From Psychrobacter sp. DM4 (GTDB lineage: Bacteria > Pseudomonadota > Gammaproteobacteria > Pseudomonadales > Moraxellaceae): DNA of 32,000 nucleotides. Below, piece after piece: positions 1 through 9,091 of the stretch (the first letter of the stretch is position 1; the number at the start of each line of letters is the position of its first letter). The translations under genes were made by a program, and so were the position numbers. Below the pieces are notes generated by a model. That model saw nothing but the letters and a program-made list of their open reading frames with translations, ran no database searches and was not told the DNA's origin. The stretch spans positions 1,530,001 to 1,562,000 of the forward strand of contig NZ_CP195536.1 of the NCBI RefSeq assembly GCF_051307035.1. Reading direction: 5' to 3'.

Positions 1-425
1 CTGGTCACAGGCGATCCATCCCAAAAGTGCGCCTTTGAATTGAGATGATAAACAATCCAGCTAGCATCATCAGGATCGTAGGTGACTTTGGTTGCTAGCT
101 GCGGATACATGGTAAAGGCTTCATTGAGTGAGCCTGTCATCAGAGTATCATATAGATAGTCAGTGCCAACCATCGCCACCCCAGTCGTCATCCATTTATT
201 GGCACTATTAAACGTACCGCGCGCATCAAGCGATAGCGTGCCGCCCGTTGGTGCATCAGGATTGGCATAGGGCATAAAAGGCGCGTCAATATACTCAGCA
301 GTGCTATTATGCCCAAGTGCTTGAGTCGTGACGGGCACCGCAATACTACTCGGTATCCAGCAGATCACAGCGCCTATAATGGAACTTAGTAAGGCAGTTT
401 GTACGGTGGCTTTTTTTATCATCAT
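1..425 (-). CDS. ABC transporter periplasmic substrate-binding protein, family 5 (YejA/oligopeptide type). N-terminal part only; the gene runs off the window edge.
   Basis: Absent from the ORF track because there is no stop in the window. My reverse-strand translation from the ATG at 425 gives MMIKKATVQTALLSSIIGAVICW (signal-peptide-like), then YANPDAPTGGTLSLDARGTFNSANKW, DYLYDTLMTGSLNEAF and HFWDGSPVT. These match the conserved N-terminal motifs of YejA-like binding proteins as I remember them. Confidence 0.7.
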   Translation of the reverse strand, partial: MMIKKATVQTALLSSIIGAVICWIPSSIAVPVTTQALGHNSTAEYIDAPFMPYANPDAPTGGTLSLDARGTFNSANKWMTTGVAMVGTDYLYDTLMTGSLNEAFTMYPQLATKVTYDPDDASWIVYHLNSKAHFWDGSPVT

Positions 426-582
426 AAAGACTAGAACAACTCAATTAATTCGGTAGCTCATCAAAAACTATTATCAGTTTAGGCAAGCTGTAAAATTTAA
501 TCATAACAAACTTAGCTTTTTTAACCTAATGATTTGCAAGAGTGCCTGCGTTAAAACGACGCCCTATTAAAAAAATCACCAC

Positions 583-617
583 AAAAAACGCAGCCTATAT
601 TAGGCTGCGTTTTTTGT
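583..617 (-). terminator. Rho-independent terminator downstream of serC
   Basis: Perfect hairpin AACGCAGCCT / loop ATATT / AGGCTGCGTT, flanked by an A-run on one side and a T-run on the other. It lies 18 bp past the serC stop. Confidence 0.75.
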
Positions 618-634
618 ATTAAGTATCCAGTTCA

Positions 635-1765
635 TTAAGCGTATCTGTTTTCAAAATCTATCATAAAGTCCACTAAAAGCTGTACCCACTCCAGTGGTAC
701 CGCATTATAGATACTCGCGCGCATACCGCCGACGTCACGATGACCCTTTAAACTAAGTAATCCGGCCTGTTCTGACTCTTCTAAAAACGTTTTGTCCAGA
801 CTGCTATTCGCTAAAGTAAATGGCACATTCATGATAGAGCGATACTGTTTATCAACGGGGTTATTATAAAAACTACTGTCATCAATGGTCTTATATAATA
901 AATCGGCTTTTTGCTGATTAATCTGACCGATAGCTTCGACCCCGCCCTGCGCCTCTAACCAATCAAAGACTAGTCCTGCCAAGTACCATGAATAGGTCGC
1001 TGGCGTGTTCGACATCGATTCTTTGTCAGCTTGATGTCCATAGTTAAGCAGCAACGGGCACCATTCGCTCGCTTGATCTAGCAAGTCATCGCGGATGATG
1101 ACGATAAGCAGACCCGCAGGACCAATATTCTTTTGCGCGCCCGCATAAATCATCCCGTATTTGGACACATCTATCGGCTGCGACAAAATACATGAAGACA
1201 TATCAACGATGAGTGGCGCACCCACTTGCGGTGGCTCAAAGATTTGTAACCCATGAATGGTTTCATTGGCACAGTAATGAAAGTAAGCGGCGTTATCACT
1301 AAGCTGCCACTCGCTCATAGCAGGTACGGTGGTAAAATTACTGTCTTTGCCTGTGGCAACTTGATTGATACCTCCCAGACCGAGCGTCTCATAACGTTTG
1401 GCCTCTTTGATCGCTTTACCAGACCATGCGCCTGTCGTCAGATAATCGGCTGGACCACCATTTAACAAGTTCAGCGGAATTGCTGAGAACTGTAAACTGG
1501 CACCGCCTTGCAAAAACAGTACTTTATAGTTGTCAGGAATAGCCATCAAGGATCTGAGTTTACTCTCTGCTTTTTCAGCGATAGCCATATAGTCTTTGCT
1601 ACGGTGGCTCATCTCCATGACTGAGACACCGCGACCTTGCCAGTCAAGCATCTCGCTTTGGGCGCGTGCTAAGACTTCGGTCGGTATAGCCGCAGGGCCT
1701 GCGCAGAAGTTAGGCAGTCGATGTGGATCGGTTGTACTGGTTTTTGAGACTGTATTTGAAGACAT
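635..1765 (-). CDS. serC: Phosphoserine aminotransferase
   Basis: 376-aa [13 protein letters not shown]...[11 protein letters not shown]...[11 protein letters not shown]...ANETIHG...[13 protein letters not shown] is the class-V aminotransferase SerC pattern, including the PLP-lysine context AQKN. Confidence 0.93.
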   Translation of the reverse strand: MSSNTVSKTSTTDPHRLPNFCAGPAAIPTEVLARAQSEMLDWQGRGVSVMEMSHRSKDYMAIAEKAESKLRSLMAIPDNYKVLFLQGGASLQFSAIPLNLLNGGPADYLTTGAWSGKAIKEAKRYETLGLGGINQVATGKDSNFTTVPAMSEWQLSDNAAYFHYCANETIHGLQIFEPPQVGAPLIVDMSSCILSQPIDVSKYGMIYAGAQKNIGPAGLLIVIIRDDLLDQASEWCPLLLNYGHQADKESMSNTPATYSWYLAGLVFDWLEAQGGVEAIGQINQQKADLLYKTIDDSSFYNNPVDKQYRSIMNVPFTLANSSLDKTFLEESEQAGLLSLKGHRDVGGMRASIYNAVPLEWVQLLVDFMIDFENRYA

Positions 1766-1848
1766 AGCTACTATCCTAAACAGGAAGAAATAAGAGGAGA
1801 TATTTTATATTAGTTTTATACAAAGGGATAACTATAAGTGAATGATGG

Positions 1849-2676
1849 TTAGTTGGATATCTGTTGCCACAGCTTGCGCTTAAGCGCACTGTCTGCGAGC
1901 ATCTCACTCAGCGTTGGTGTATCAGCCAAATTAGGATGCGTCAAACCTTTAGGTATTTCGGTCAACGCAGCCACTTGTATCTCCTCACTCCTACCAATTC
2001 TAAAGAGATAACCTGCCAAACTTGCATTGGCAAGCTCAGCAGTATCCATGCCAGCACAGATAGGAAAAGAGGTAGTTTCGCAATCTAGTGATAGAGCCTG
2101 AACGATGTTTTGCCACAGTTTTTGACTATCACTATCTAAAGCTTGGATATCGACCATAAGCACCCAGCGTCCATAAAGCCCGCCTTGTAAATCAAAAGGA
2201 GCAACTTTATCTTGCAAGATTAGCTCATCTTTATCAGCATGATACGAGTGGGGTTTAGACGTCGTCGCTTGCGCTAAAAGTGGCGCTACAGCTGGTTCTA
2301 CTAGAGGCTCTACAGGATCAATACTGTCAAAACGGTAATCAGTTACGGCAACAGAGGTCGGTTTGATCTCGTCATCACGCGCAAGATTTTGCTCATCTAC
2401 AATGCCAGTAGTCAGTGCTTGCTCTGTTAGCGTCTCTACTATTTGGTGATTCGATTCTAAGTTTGAATCTGATGCGTCCTCTATAATAACGGGGGCAGAT
2501 ACTAAAGGTAGATTATTTGCCGCTATATCAGCAATATTCAAAGTCAAAGAGTCAGGCTGTACCCACTGCCCAATACCCATCATCGCCAGAATCTGCCGTT
2601 GCTGTACCATTTTTTGGGTAACTGACAGCGATGTGATTGTTGATGTTTGACGTTGCGTGTCTTGAATATCACTCAT
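1849..2676 (-). CDS. DNA polymerase III psi-subunit-like protein (HolD-like) with a large acidic central insertion
   Basis: N-terminal QQRQILAMMGIGQWVQP resembles E. coli HolD RRDWQLQQLGITQWSLRRP. C-terminal LSEMLADSALKRKLWQQISN resembles HolD LTDLRANPTARAALWQQI. The segment RWVLMVDIQALDSDSQKLWQNIVQAL resembles HolD VRLVMVANDLPALTDPLVSDVLRAL. At 275 aa it is about twice the length of E. coli HolD (137 aa from memory). Confidence 0.5.
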   Translation of the reverse strand: MSDIQDTQRQTSTITSLSVTQKMVQQRQILAMMGIGQWVQPDSLTLNIADIAANNLPLVSAPVIIEDASDSNLESNHQIVETLTEQALTTGIVDEQNLARDDEIKPTSVAVTDYRFDSIDPVEPLVEPAVAPLLAQATTSKPHSYHADKDELILQDKVAPFDLQGGLYGRWVLMVDIQALDSDSQKLWQNIVQALSLDCETTSFPICAGMDTAELANASLAGYLFRIGRSEEIQVAALTEIPKGLTHPNLADTPTLSEMLADSALKRKLWQQISN

Positions 2677-2796
2677 AGAAGATGATTATCCTACTTATAA
2701 TTAGGGTATTAGAAGAATATAAAGACAATTTTGCTGAGTACATCGCTATTATACTCGTATAAGTAAGCACATTTATCAAATTTTAGGCAAAAAAAA

Positions 2797-2905
<109 letters not shown>

Positions 2906-2913
2906 AGTTGCAA

Positions 2914-2941
2914 ATTATACTTACTTTTTGGCTTTTTACAA
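2914..2941 (-). promoter_or_regulatory. Candidate sigma-70 promoter of ffs
   Basis: The reverse strand has TTGTAA (2941-2936), a 16-nt spacer and a perfect TATAAT (2919-2914). The proposed RNA 5' end at 2905 lies 8-9 nt downstream. Confidence 0.5.
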
Positions 2942-3100
2942 CCCCTATCGTACAACAGTAACTATTGTCAGCTTTAAAAAACCGTGACCTAGTGACAAAA
3001 TACTTATAGTATTAAACATAGAATTTGCTATGTTAACTAAAGCTAAAAAATATCTTTAATTATTAACACTTTCAAAAAACATGTAATAAGGAGAATTTTT

Positions 3101-3814
3101 ATGAGAACAGCACTAACTACTAAAACCATTATGGCTACTGGTAGCGCACTATTACTCACAGCAATGATGAGTCATGCCCATGCTGAGCCGACAGGTTATG
3201 ATCAGATTAGCTTTCAAACAGAAGTCAAAGAAGAGATCGCTAATGACGAAGTGCGCGCAAGCCTCTACAAAAAAGCACAAGCAACAGATATCAAAACCTT
3301 AGCGACAACCCTGAATACCTCAATCAATAGAGCCTTGGCTATTGCCAAACGCTATCCTACTGTAACAGTGAGTACCGGACAGCAAAGTACCTATCCGCGC
3401 TACGACAAAAATGATAAAATCATTGGCTGGACCGGACAGGCAAATATCGATTTAAAGAGCACTGATTTCACTGCGACCAGTCAGCTGATAGCGGACTTGC
3501 AAGAAACTCTAGTCATGAATAATCTCAACTTTGGTGTCTCTGAGATTAAAAAGGATGCGCTTGAGCAAAAGCTAATGACTGATGCCTCACGCGCCTTTCA
3601 GCAGCAGGCCAAAAACCTAACTCGTGCCTGGGACGCTCAAAGTTATCGTGTCGTCACGGTTAATCTAAATACGGGTAACAATAACTTCCCACGCCCTATG
3701 TATAACAGTATGCGTGCGGCTGATGCAGAGTCCTCAATACCCAGCCAAAACTTCGAATCTGGTAATAGCACCATTTCAGTCACTGCTAACGGTACGATTG
3801 AGTTAAATAAATAG
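3101..3814 (+). CDS. Periplasmic SIMPL-domain (DUF541, YggE-like) protein
   Basis: 237 aa with the signal peptide MRTALTTKTIMATGSALLLTAMMSHAHA. Good RBS (AAGGAG) 8 nt upstream. The layout and C-terminal part (FPRPMYNSMRAADAESSIP...ISVTANGTIEL) resemble YggE/SIMPL proteins from memory. Confidence 0.55.
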   Translation: MRTALTTKTIMATGSALLLTAMMSHAHAEPTGYDQISFQTEVKEEIANDEVRASLYKKAQATDIKTLATTLNTSINRALAIAKRYPTVTVSTGQQSTYPRYDKNDKIIGWTGQANIDLKSTDFTATSQLIADLQETLVMNNLNFGVSEIKKDALEQKLMTDASRAFQQQAKNLTRAWDAQSYRVVTVNLNTGNNNFPRPMYNSMRAADAESSIPSQNFESGNSTISVTANGTIELNK

Positions 3815-3835
3815 TTTTGATTTAGGGCAATAACA

Positions 3836-3870
3836 AAAAGGTCAGCATTATTAGTGCTGACCTTTCTTAT
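3836..3870. terminator. Bidirectional rho-independent terminator between convergent genes
   Basis: Hairpin AGGTCAGCA / TGCTGACCT, flanked by AAAAA upstream and TTTCTT downstream. It sits between the plus-strand SIMPL gene and the minus-strand gene ending at 3958. Confidence 0.65.
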
Positions 3871-3957
3871 GCTAAGCAGTATTTTTATGGTTTAGCGTCA
3901 TCGTTCAAGAACAGTGGCTTTGTAGAGATTTGGAAGCAAAAACTTTCAAAAAAGCTG

Positions 3958-4680
3958 TTATTTAGAAGCATTGTTATTTTGGCGCATTTTTAGCCGTAGC
4001 TTTTGATGCCAAGGTAAAAGCTGATAAGCTTGCAGCTGCTGCGCGACTCTCTTTTTGTTTTGCAAGATAGCCGTGTTTTGAATCACATAAACAGTGCGGG
4101 TGATCTGGTTTACAACTTGCCCTCTACTGTTTTGTATTGTTGCTTGAATCGTATGCTCTCCAGGGTTGAGGTTGATGGTCGCGATCGAAGCCGTAATTCC
4201 TTGAGATATCAATTGGCCATCTATATAGATGCTAATGCTATCTCCCGTCTGTAGCGCTGGACTCATTTGCAAACTAACGGTAATAATCTGTCCTGGACGC
4301 TGATAAGCGCGCTCCTCACTAGGTTCAGTCATAACCAGTTGATAATTTATTGGCGCAGGTGCTGTTATCACTGGGATAGCAGACTTAGTACTATTGTTAC
4401 TCTGACTACTATTGTTATTCTGGCTACTGGTGCTAGCTGAGTGACTCGAATCGTTACCTGTACTCACATTGGTCTCTACAATTTGCTTGCCTGTTTGCTG
4501 CTCATAGTTTTGCGGTTGGTCGGTAAAAGTGACTTGACCGGTCTGCTCGTCAACGACTTTATAAATTGATGCAGCATTAACGTTTGGCACATAGAGGGTT
4601 ACTGAGCCTATAACCAACCCTGCTAGCAAAGCTAGTGCTCGATTATTCATCAAAGACTTTACTTTAAAAGTTGTCATCAT
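3958..4680 (-). CDS. Secreted hypothetical protein with an N-terminal DUF4124-like module
   Basis: 240 aa with the signal peptide ...LALLAGLVIGSVTLYVPNVNA. It continues SIYKVVDEQTGQVTFTDQPQ, which resembles the YKWxDxxGxxxFSDxPP pattern of DUF4124. There is an S/N-rich linker (SSHSASTSSQNNNSSQSNNSTKS) and a C-terminal beta-rich region. Confidence 0.45.
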   Translation of the reverse strand: MMTTFKVKSLMNNRALALLAGLVIGSVTLYVPNVNAASIYKVVDEQTGQVTFTDQPQNYEQQTGKQIVETNVSTGNDSSHSASTSSQNNNSSQSNNSTKSAIPVITAPAPINYQLVMTEPSEERAYQRPGQIITVSLQMSPALQTGDSISIYIDGQLISQGITASIATINLNPGEHTIQATIQNSRGQVVNQITRTVYVIQNTAILQNKKRVAQQLQAYQLLPWHQKLRLKMRQNNNASK

Positions 4681-4827
4681 AGCGAGTAGACCTATTTTAG
4701 TAAGAGTTGATAATAACTATTATGCTCTATTCCCGTTTATAATTCAGTAGCGACTTTGATAACAGACTATCTGATAAGCGCTATGTCAAACTTTCAGTAA
4801 GACATATATTGCCAAACTATAGATGAC

Positions 4828-4862
4828 AAAAAACCAGCTAAGATCAACTTAGCTGGTTTTTT
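4828..4862 (-). terminator. Rho-independent terminator downstream of glnA
   Basis: AAAAAACCAGCTAAG / loop ATCAA / CTTAGCTGGTTTTTT. The stem is perfect with U-runs on both strands. It lies 29 bp past the glnA stop. Confidence 0.8.
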
Positions 4863-4890
4863 ATCAGGGAACTTCAAATTTAGCTATAAA

Positions 4891-6300
4891 CTAGCAGCTA
4901 TAGTACATATCAAATTCGACAGGGTGTACAGTTACGTTGAGACGTTGTACTTCTTCGTCTTTTAGCGCAATGAAAGCATCAAGCATATCTTTTGTGAACA
5001 CATCACCTTTTAACAAGAACTCGTGATCATCTTTTAGAGCTTGTAACGCTACATCTAAGCTCTCTGCAACCGTTGGAATTTGTGCTTCTTCCTCTGGTGG
5101 CAAGTCGTACAAGTTCTTATCAGCGGCTTCACCTGGATGCATTTTGTTCTGAATGCCATCAAGACCTGCCATTAATAGCGCTGCAAATGCCAAGTATGGA
5201 TTCGCTGTTGGATCAGGGAAACGAGCTTCAACGCGAACAGCTTTTGGACTACTGACATGTGGAATACGGATAGAGGCTGAACGATTAGACGCAGAATAAG
5301 CCAGCTTAATAGGTGCTTCATAGTGCGGTACCAGACGCTTGTAGCTATTAGTCGATGGATTGGTAATCGCATTCAATGCGCGTGCATGCTTGATGATACC
5401 ACCAACAAAGAACAAAGCTGTCTCAGACAGACCAGCATACTCATCACCTGAGAAGGTGTTGACGCCATCTTTTGAGATTGACATGTGTACATGCATACCT
5501 GAACCATTATCACCAACGATAGGCTTTGGCATAAAGGTCGCGGTTTTACCAAACTGGTGTGCCACATTATGCACAACATATTTTAATTGTTGAACTTCAT
5601 CAGCCTTACGTACCATGGTGTTGAACGCTACACCGATTTCAGACTGACAAGACGCCACTTCATGGTGATGAACTTCAACTGATCCTTCACCAACGATCTG
5701 CTCAATGCGTTCACACATTAGCGCACGCATATCATGTGAGCTGTCGATTGGTGGTACTGGAAAGTAGCCGCCTTTGACGCGTGGACGATGCGCCATATTT
5801 CCCCATTCGTAATCTTCGTTAGTTGACCAAGCCGCTTCTTCAGCTTTAATCTTATGGCTTACACCTGACATATCGACTGACCATTTAACATCGTCAAATA
5901 CAAAGAATTCGGGCTCAGGACCAAAGTAAGCCGTATCACCTATACCCGTTGACTTTAAGTACTCCTCAGCACGGCGAGCAATAGAGCGCGGATCACGATC
6001 ATAGCCTTGTAGCGTCGATGGTTCGATGATGTCACAAGTGACAACAACGGTTACCGCATCAAAGAACGGGTCAAGAAAAGCGGTTTCTGGATCAGGACGC
6101 AATATCATATCAGAGGCTTCAATACCCTTCCAGCCAGCAATAGATGAGCCATCGAACATTTTGCCATCTTCCATGACTTCTTCGTCTACAGTCGACGCAG
6201 GAAAGCTAATATGCTGCTCTTTACCACGAGTATCAGTAAAGCGAAAATCAACCCATTTAGCATCAGTTGATTTGATAAGGTCTAATAATTTGTTCGACAT
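4891..6300 (-). CDS. glnA: Glutamine synthetase, type I
   Basis: 469 aa. It carries GS-I signatures [25 protein letters not shown] and [17 protein letters not shown], plus the adenylylation-site context [11 protein letters not shown]. Confidence 0.97.
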   Translation of the reverse strand: MSNKLLDLIKSTDAKWVDFRFTDTRGKEQHISFPASTVDEEVMEDGKMFDGSSIAGWKGIEASDMILRPDPETAFLDPFFDAVTVVVTCDIIEPSTLQGYDRDPRSIARRAEEYLKSTGIGDTAYFGPEPEFFVFDDVKWSVDMSGVSHKIKAEEAAWSTNEDYEWGNMAHRPRVKGGYFPVPPIDSSHDMRALMCERIEQIVGEGSVEVHHHEVASCQSEIGVAFNTMVRKADEVQQLKYVVHNVAHQFGKTATFMPKPIVGDNGSGMHVHMSISKDGVNTFSGDEYAGLSETALFFVGGIIKHARALNAITNPSTNSYKRLVPHYEAPIKLAYSASNRSASIRIPHVSSPKAVRVEARFPDPTANPYLAFAALLMAGLDGIQNKMHPGEAADKNLYDLPPEEEAQIPTVAESLDVALQALKDDHEFLLKGDVFTKDMLDAFIALKDEEVQRLNVTVHPVEFDMYYSC

Positions 6301-6586
6301 AAACAGTCTCCGTTGAAGTTATCTTAGTATAAAAGTTGCGATTAAAATTAAAGCTTTAAGTACTCATTACTAGGTGCGAGCCATATCTTATAAATATCAG
6401 ATTAATAAGACCATCTCTAAAACTTTGCATCATTATCAGCGCCATTTTAGCAATATCTGCACAACAATGCTGAACTGATATGCATAAGCTACACATAAAT
6501 TTAGAATGCTTGATAACATTCACTGTGATCATAACCCAATTTGTCGTAACAGTGATTGTCTTTTCAAGATTTTCATAAGACTTAGG

Positions 6587-6603
6587 TGCAAAGGACATGC
6601 CAG
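6587..6603 (-). promoter_or_regulatory. Candidate sigma-54 (-24/-12) promoter facing glnA
   Basis: The reverse strand reads CTGGCATGTCCTTTGCA, i.e. TGGCAT-N5-TTGCA against the consensus TGGCAC-N5-TTGCA with correct GG/GC spacing. It lies about 285 bp upstream of the glnA ATG. Confidence 0.5.
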
Positions 6604-6777
6604 TTTGCCTGTCTTAGTCTCAATGATCTTATTAATGATAGCGAGCATAGTATGCAAAGCCATACTAATAAGCACTAGCATCACTATAAGACCTATGTAG
6701 GTATCATCACTTTTAAGATGATTATCATAGATAATTATGTGATTTTAGAGCATTAGAATGATGGTTACAACAATATT

Positions 6778-6835
6778 TGCACCAAATAAATGCTAAAAAT
6801 GCACCGCATTTGATTGAATAAACAAGTTTGGTGCA
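6778..6835. promoter_or_regulatory. Cluster of NtrC-like half sites (TGCACC / GGTGCA)
   Basis: TGCACC at 6778 and 6800 (22 bp apart) and GGTGCA at 6830. The NtrC consensus is TGCACC-N5-GGTGCA. Only half sites are good here; the partner halves are degenerate. The cluster lies about 200-260 bp upstream of the putative sigma-54 start. Confidence 0.3.
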
Positions 6836-6960
6836 TTGTGTGATTAAGTGTTTTTACTTTAAATGCTCAGTAAGATAGCTTTCGATAGTTTTGTATGGAT
6901 ATGCTATAAAGGAGTGTTGCTTATCCTGAGCGCTTGATACCTGATAAAATAGTGGTAAGA

Positions 6961-7008
6961 TATCTTGCATTGTAAATATCTTGCATTGTAAATATCTTGC
7001 ACTGTAAA
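6961..7008. repeat. Direct tandem repeat, 16 bp x 3 (TATCTTGCATTGTAAA)
   Basis: Units at 6961-6976 and 6977-6992 are identical. The unit at 6993-7008 has one T-to-C change. A fourth degenerate TCTTGCA core is at 7024-7030. Confidence 0.95.
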
Positions 7009-7202
7009 CAGGCATGACCCATGTCTTGCAATCATAACTGTGTTACCTCATAAAAGTAGACTAACAAGGCGCTGGTTTTGATTAGCATGAGTTTAGGAGT
7101 TACTTGCTCAAGACCTTATAATATAAATATTAGTGACTCAAACCTTAGTACTTTACACTTAAGCAAAAAACAGCGTCAACCCACAGACAAGCCGAGACTA
7201 CT

Positions 7203-7826
7203 ATGATTTTAATGATTGATAATTACGATAGCTTTACGTACAACATCGTACAGTACTTCGGTGAGCTCAAGCAAGACATCACTGTATGGCGTAATGATCA
7301 GACGAGCATTGAGCAAATAAAAACGCTCGCGCCCGACATCATCGTCATCGGACCTGGCCCTTGTGATCCTGATCGTGCTGGTATCTCATTAGAAGTCATA
7401 GACACCTTCAAAGGCGTTATACCTATCTTGGGTATCTGCTTAGGTCATCAGGCGATTGGACAGGCATTCGGTGGTGATGTTGTCAAAGCTGGAGAGGTTA
7501 TGCACGGGCGTCTATCTGCGGTTTATCATAAGGATCAAGGGGTATTTGAGGGTTTGGAAAATCCTGCTGAATTTACGCGTTATCATTCATTAGTCGTAAA
7601 TAAAGCGACCCTACCTGACTGCCTAGAGATGACCGCATGGACGCAAAACGCTGATGGTAGCGTAGAGGAAATCATGGGTGTGCGTCATAAGACCCTTGCC
7701 ATCGAAGGCGTACAGTTTCATCCTGAATCTATCTTGAGCCTAGCAGGATATAAGCTCCTTAATAACTTCTTGATCACCCATAATCTAGCTGTGCTCAGCT
7801 TAGACGAGCTGCCAGAAGTAAGCTAA
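7203..7826 (+). CDS. trpG: Anthranilate synthase component II (glutamine amidotransferase; possibly shared with PABA synthesis)
   Basis: 207 aa with [18 protein letters not shown]...GPGPC...[11 protein letters not shown]...VQFHPES. This is a class-I GATase with its Cys-His-Glu triad context, and trpD follows directly. Confidence 0.9.
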   Translation: MILMIDNYDSFTYNIVQYFGELKQDITVWRNDQTSIEQIKTLAPDIIVIGPGPCDPDRAGISLEVIDTFKGVIPILGICLGHQAIGQAFGGDVVKAGEVMHGRLSAVYHKDQGVFEGLENPAEFTRYHSLVVNKATLPDCLEMTAWTQNADGSVEEIMGVRHKTLAIEGVQFHPESILSLAGYKLLNNFLITHNLAVLSLDELPEVS

Positions 7827-7884
7827 TCGTTATTAATAAAGGGTCAAACGCCGCCTTAAAAATATAATAAATAAGTGATATTCC

Positions 7885-9036
7885 ATGACTACTGATACTA
7901 CTGAGAACCTAACGACTAGCACCTCAAACACCTCTGAAGGCTACGTACAAGAAGACAATAAGCAGATGAGTGATGAGCAAATACATCGCTTACTTGCCAG
8001 CGCCTTAGATCGAGTCTTACAACGTATTGATTTAACTTATGATGAGATGCGTGAGGTTATGCTGATTATCATGCAAGGTAGATGTAGCGACGCTATGATG
8101 GGCGCTATTTTGACCGGTTTACGTATGAAGGGCGAATCTATCGATGAGATTACCGCAGCGGCTAGCGCCATGCGCGCACTAGCTGCCAACATTGAACCCA
8201 AAGGGTGCGACTATTTAGTCGATATTGTTGGTACGGGCGGAGACGGCGCTAATCTGTTCAATGTCTCTACTGCTTCAGCCTTGGTCGCTGCAGCTGCGGG
8301 CGCTCAAGTCGCCAAGCATGGCAATCGCGGCGTCTCAACCAAATCTGGCAGCTCAGACTTGCTAGAGCAGGCAGGTATTAGTCTTGCCCTTACTCCTGAG
8401 CAGGCACTAGATTGTATTCAAAACGAGGGCATTGGATTTTTGTTTGCGCCCAACCACCATAGCGCTATGCGTTATGCCAACCCGATACGCCGCGAGCTCA
8501 AAGCGCGCACTATTTTTAATATTTTAGGTCCATTAACCAATCCCGCTGGCGTACCTAACTTAGTGATTGGCGTTTTTACCGCGCAGCTGTGTGAACCTAT
8601 CGCTAATGTAATGAAGAATCTAGGCGCCAATCATGTCATGGTCGTTGGTGCCAAAGATGGTTTGGATGAGATCAGCCTTGCTACTTCTACTACAGTCGCT
8701 GAACTCAAAGATGGTGAAGTTACCGTATATGAGTTGATGCCAGAGGATGCAGGAATAGAGTCGCAGACGCTCATCGGTCTCGATGTGGACTCGCCCAAAG
8801 ACAGCCTTAAACTGATACGCGCGGCTCTATCAGGCGATGAGACCCATGACCGCGCGGTGCTAAAAGCTCGTGACATGATTGCACTCAATGCAGGGGCCGC
8901 CATCTATACGGCAGGACTTGCCAGTAACTACCCTAATGGTGTCAACCGTGCACAAGCCGTTATTCAAAACGGTGATGCCCTGCGTAAGCTTGAGTCTCTA
9001 GCGAAATATACCCAAGAGTTAGCCGCTGTTAAATAA
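7885..9036 (+). CDS. trpD: Anthranilate phosphoribosyltransferase
   Basis: 383 aa with DIVGTGGDGANLFNVSTA...KHGNRGVSTKSGSSDLLE...FAPNHHSAMRY...NILGPLTNPA. The first ~30 residues are low-complexity (TTDTTENLTTSTSNTSEG). An alternative start at M28 (7966) is possible. Confidence 0.93.
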   Translation: MTTDTTENLTTSTSNTSEGYVQEDNKQMSDEQIHRLLASALDRVLQRIDLTYDEMREVMLIIMQGRCSDAMMGAILTGLRMKGESIDEITAAASAMRALAANIEPKGCDYLVDIVGTGGDGANLFNVSTASALVAAAAGAQVAKHGNRGVSTKSGSSDLLEQAGISLALTPEQALDCIQNEGIGFLFAPNHHSAMRYANPIRRELKARTIFNILGPLTNPAGVPNLVIGVFTAQLCEPIANVMKNLGANHVMVVGAKDGLDEISLATSTTVAELKDGEVTVYELMPEDAGIESQTLIGLDVDSPKDSLKLIRAALSGDETHDRAVLKARDMIALNAGAAIYTAGLASNYPNGVNRAQAVIQNGDALRKLESLAKYTQELAAVK

Positions 9037-9091
9037 TAATATTTATGGGCATTCATCCCTACAGCAATTGACTACAATATTTGGAAATACT

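Noticed and set aside
5073-5593. Cluster of short ORFs on both strands inside glnA, and similar antisense ORFs inside serC, trpD, metF, rsmE, the EAL gene, both ACADs, apaH and rsmA
   Set aside because: All lie inside strongly supported conserved genes and have no independent signals. They are typical shadow ORFs.
6356-6700. Two overlapping ORFs (80 aa minus strand, 64 aa plus strand) in the glnA/trpG intergenic region
   Set aside because: Neither has an RBS, both are Cys-rich and odd in composition, and they overlap each other. The 80-aa ORF's ATG lies inside the candidate sigma-54 promoter. I treat both as chance ORFs, but cannot fully exclude the 64-aa one, which has a hydrophobic C-terminus.
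6961-7008. Possible CRISPR-like array
   Set aside because: The 16-bp units are directly adjacent with no spacers and there are only three copies, so this is a simple tandem repeat.
7009-7202. Trp leader peptide or attenuator upstream of trpG
   Set aside because: The small ORFs here (for example [39 protein letters not shown] from 7087) contain no Trp codons, and no terminator/antiterminator hairpin with a U-run is visible.
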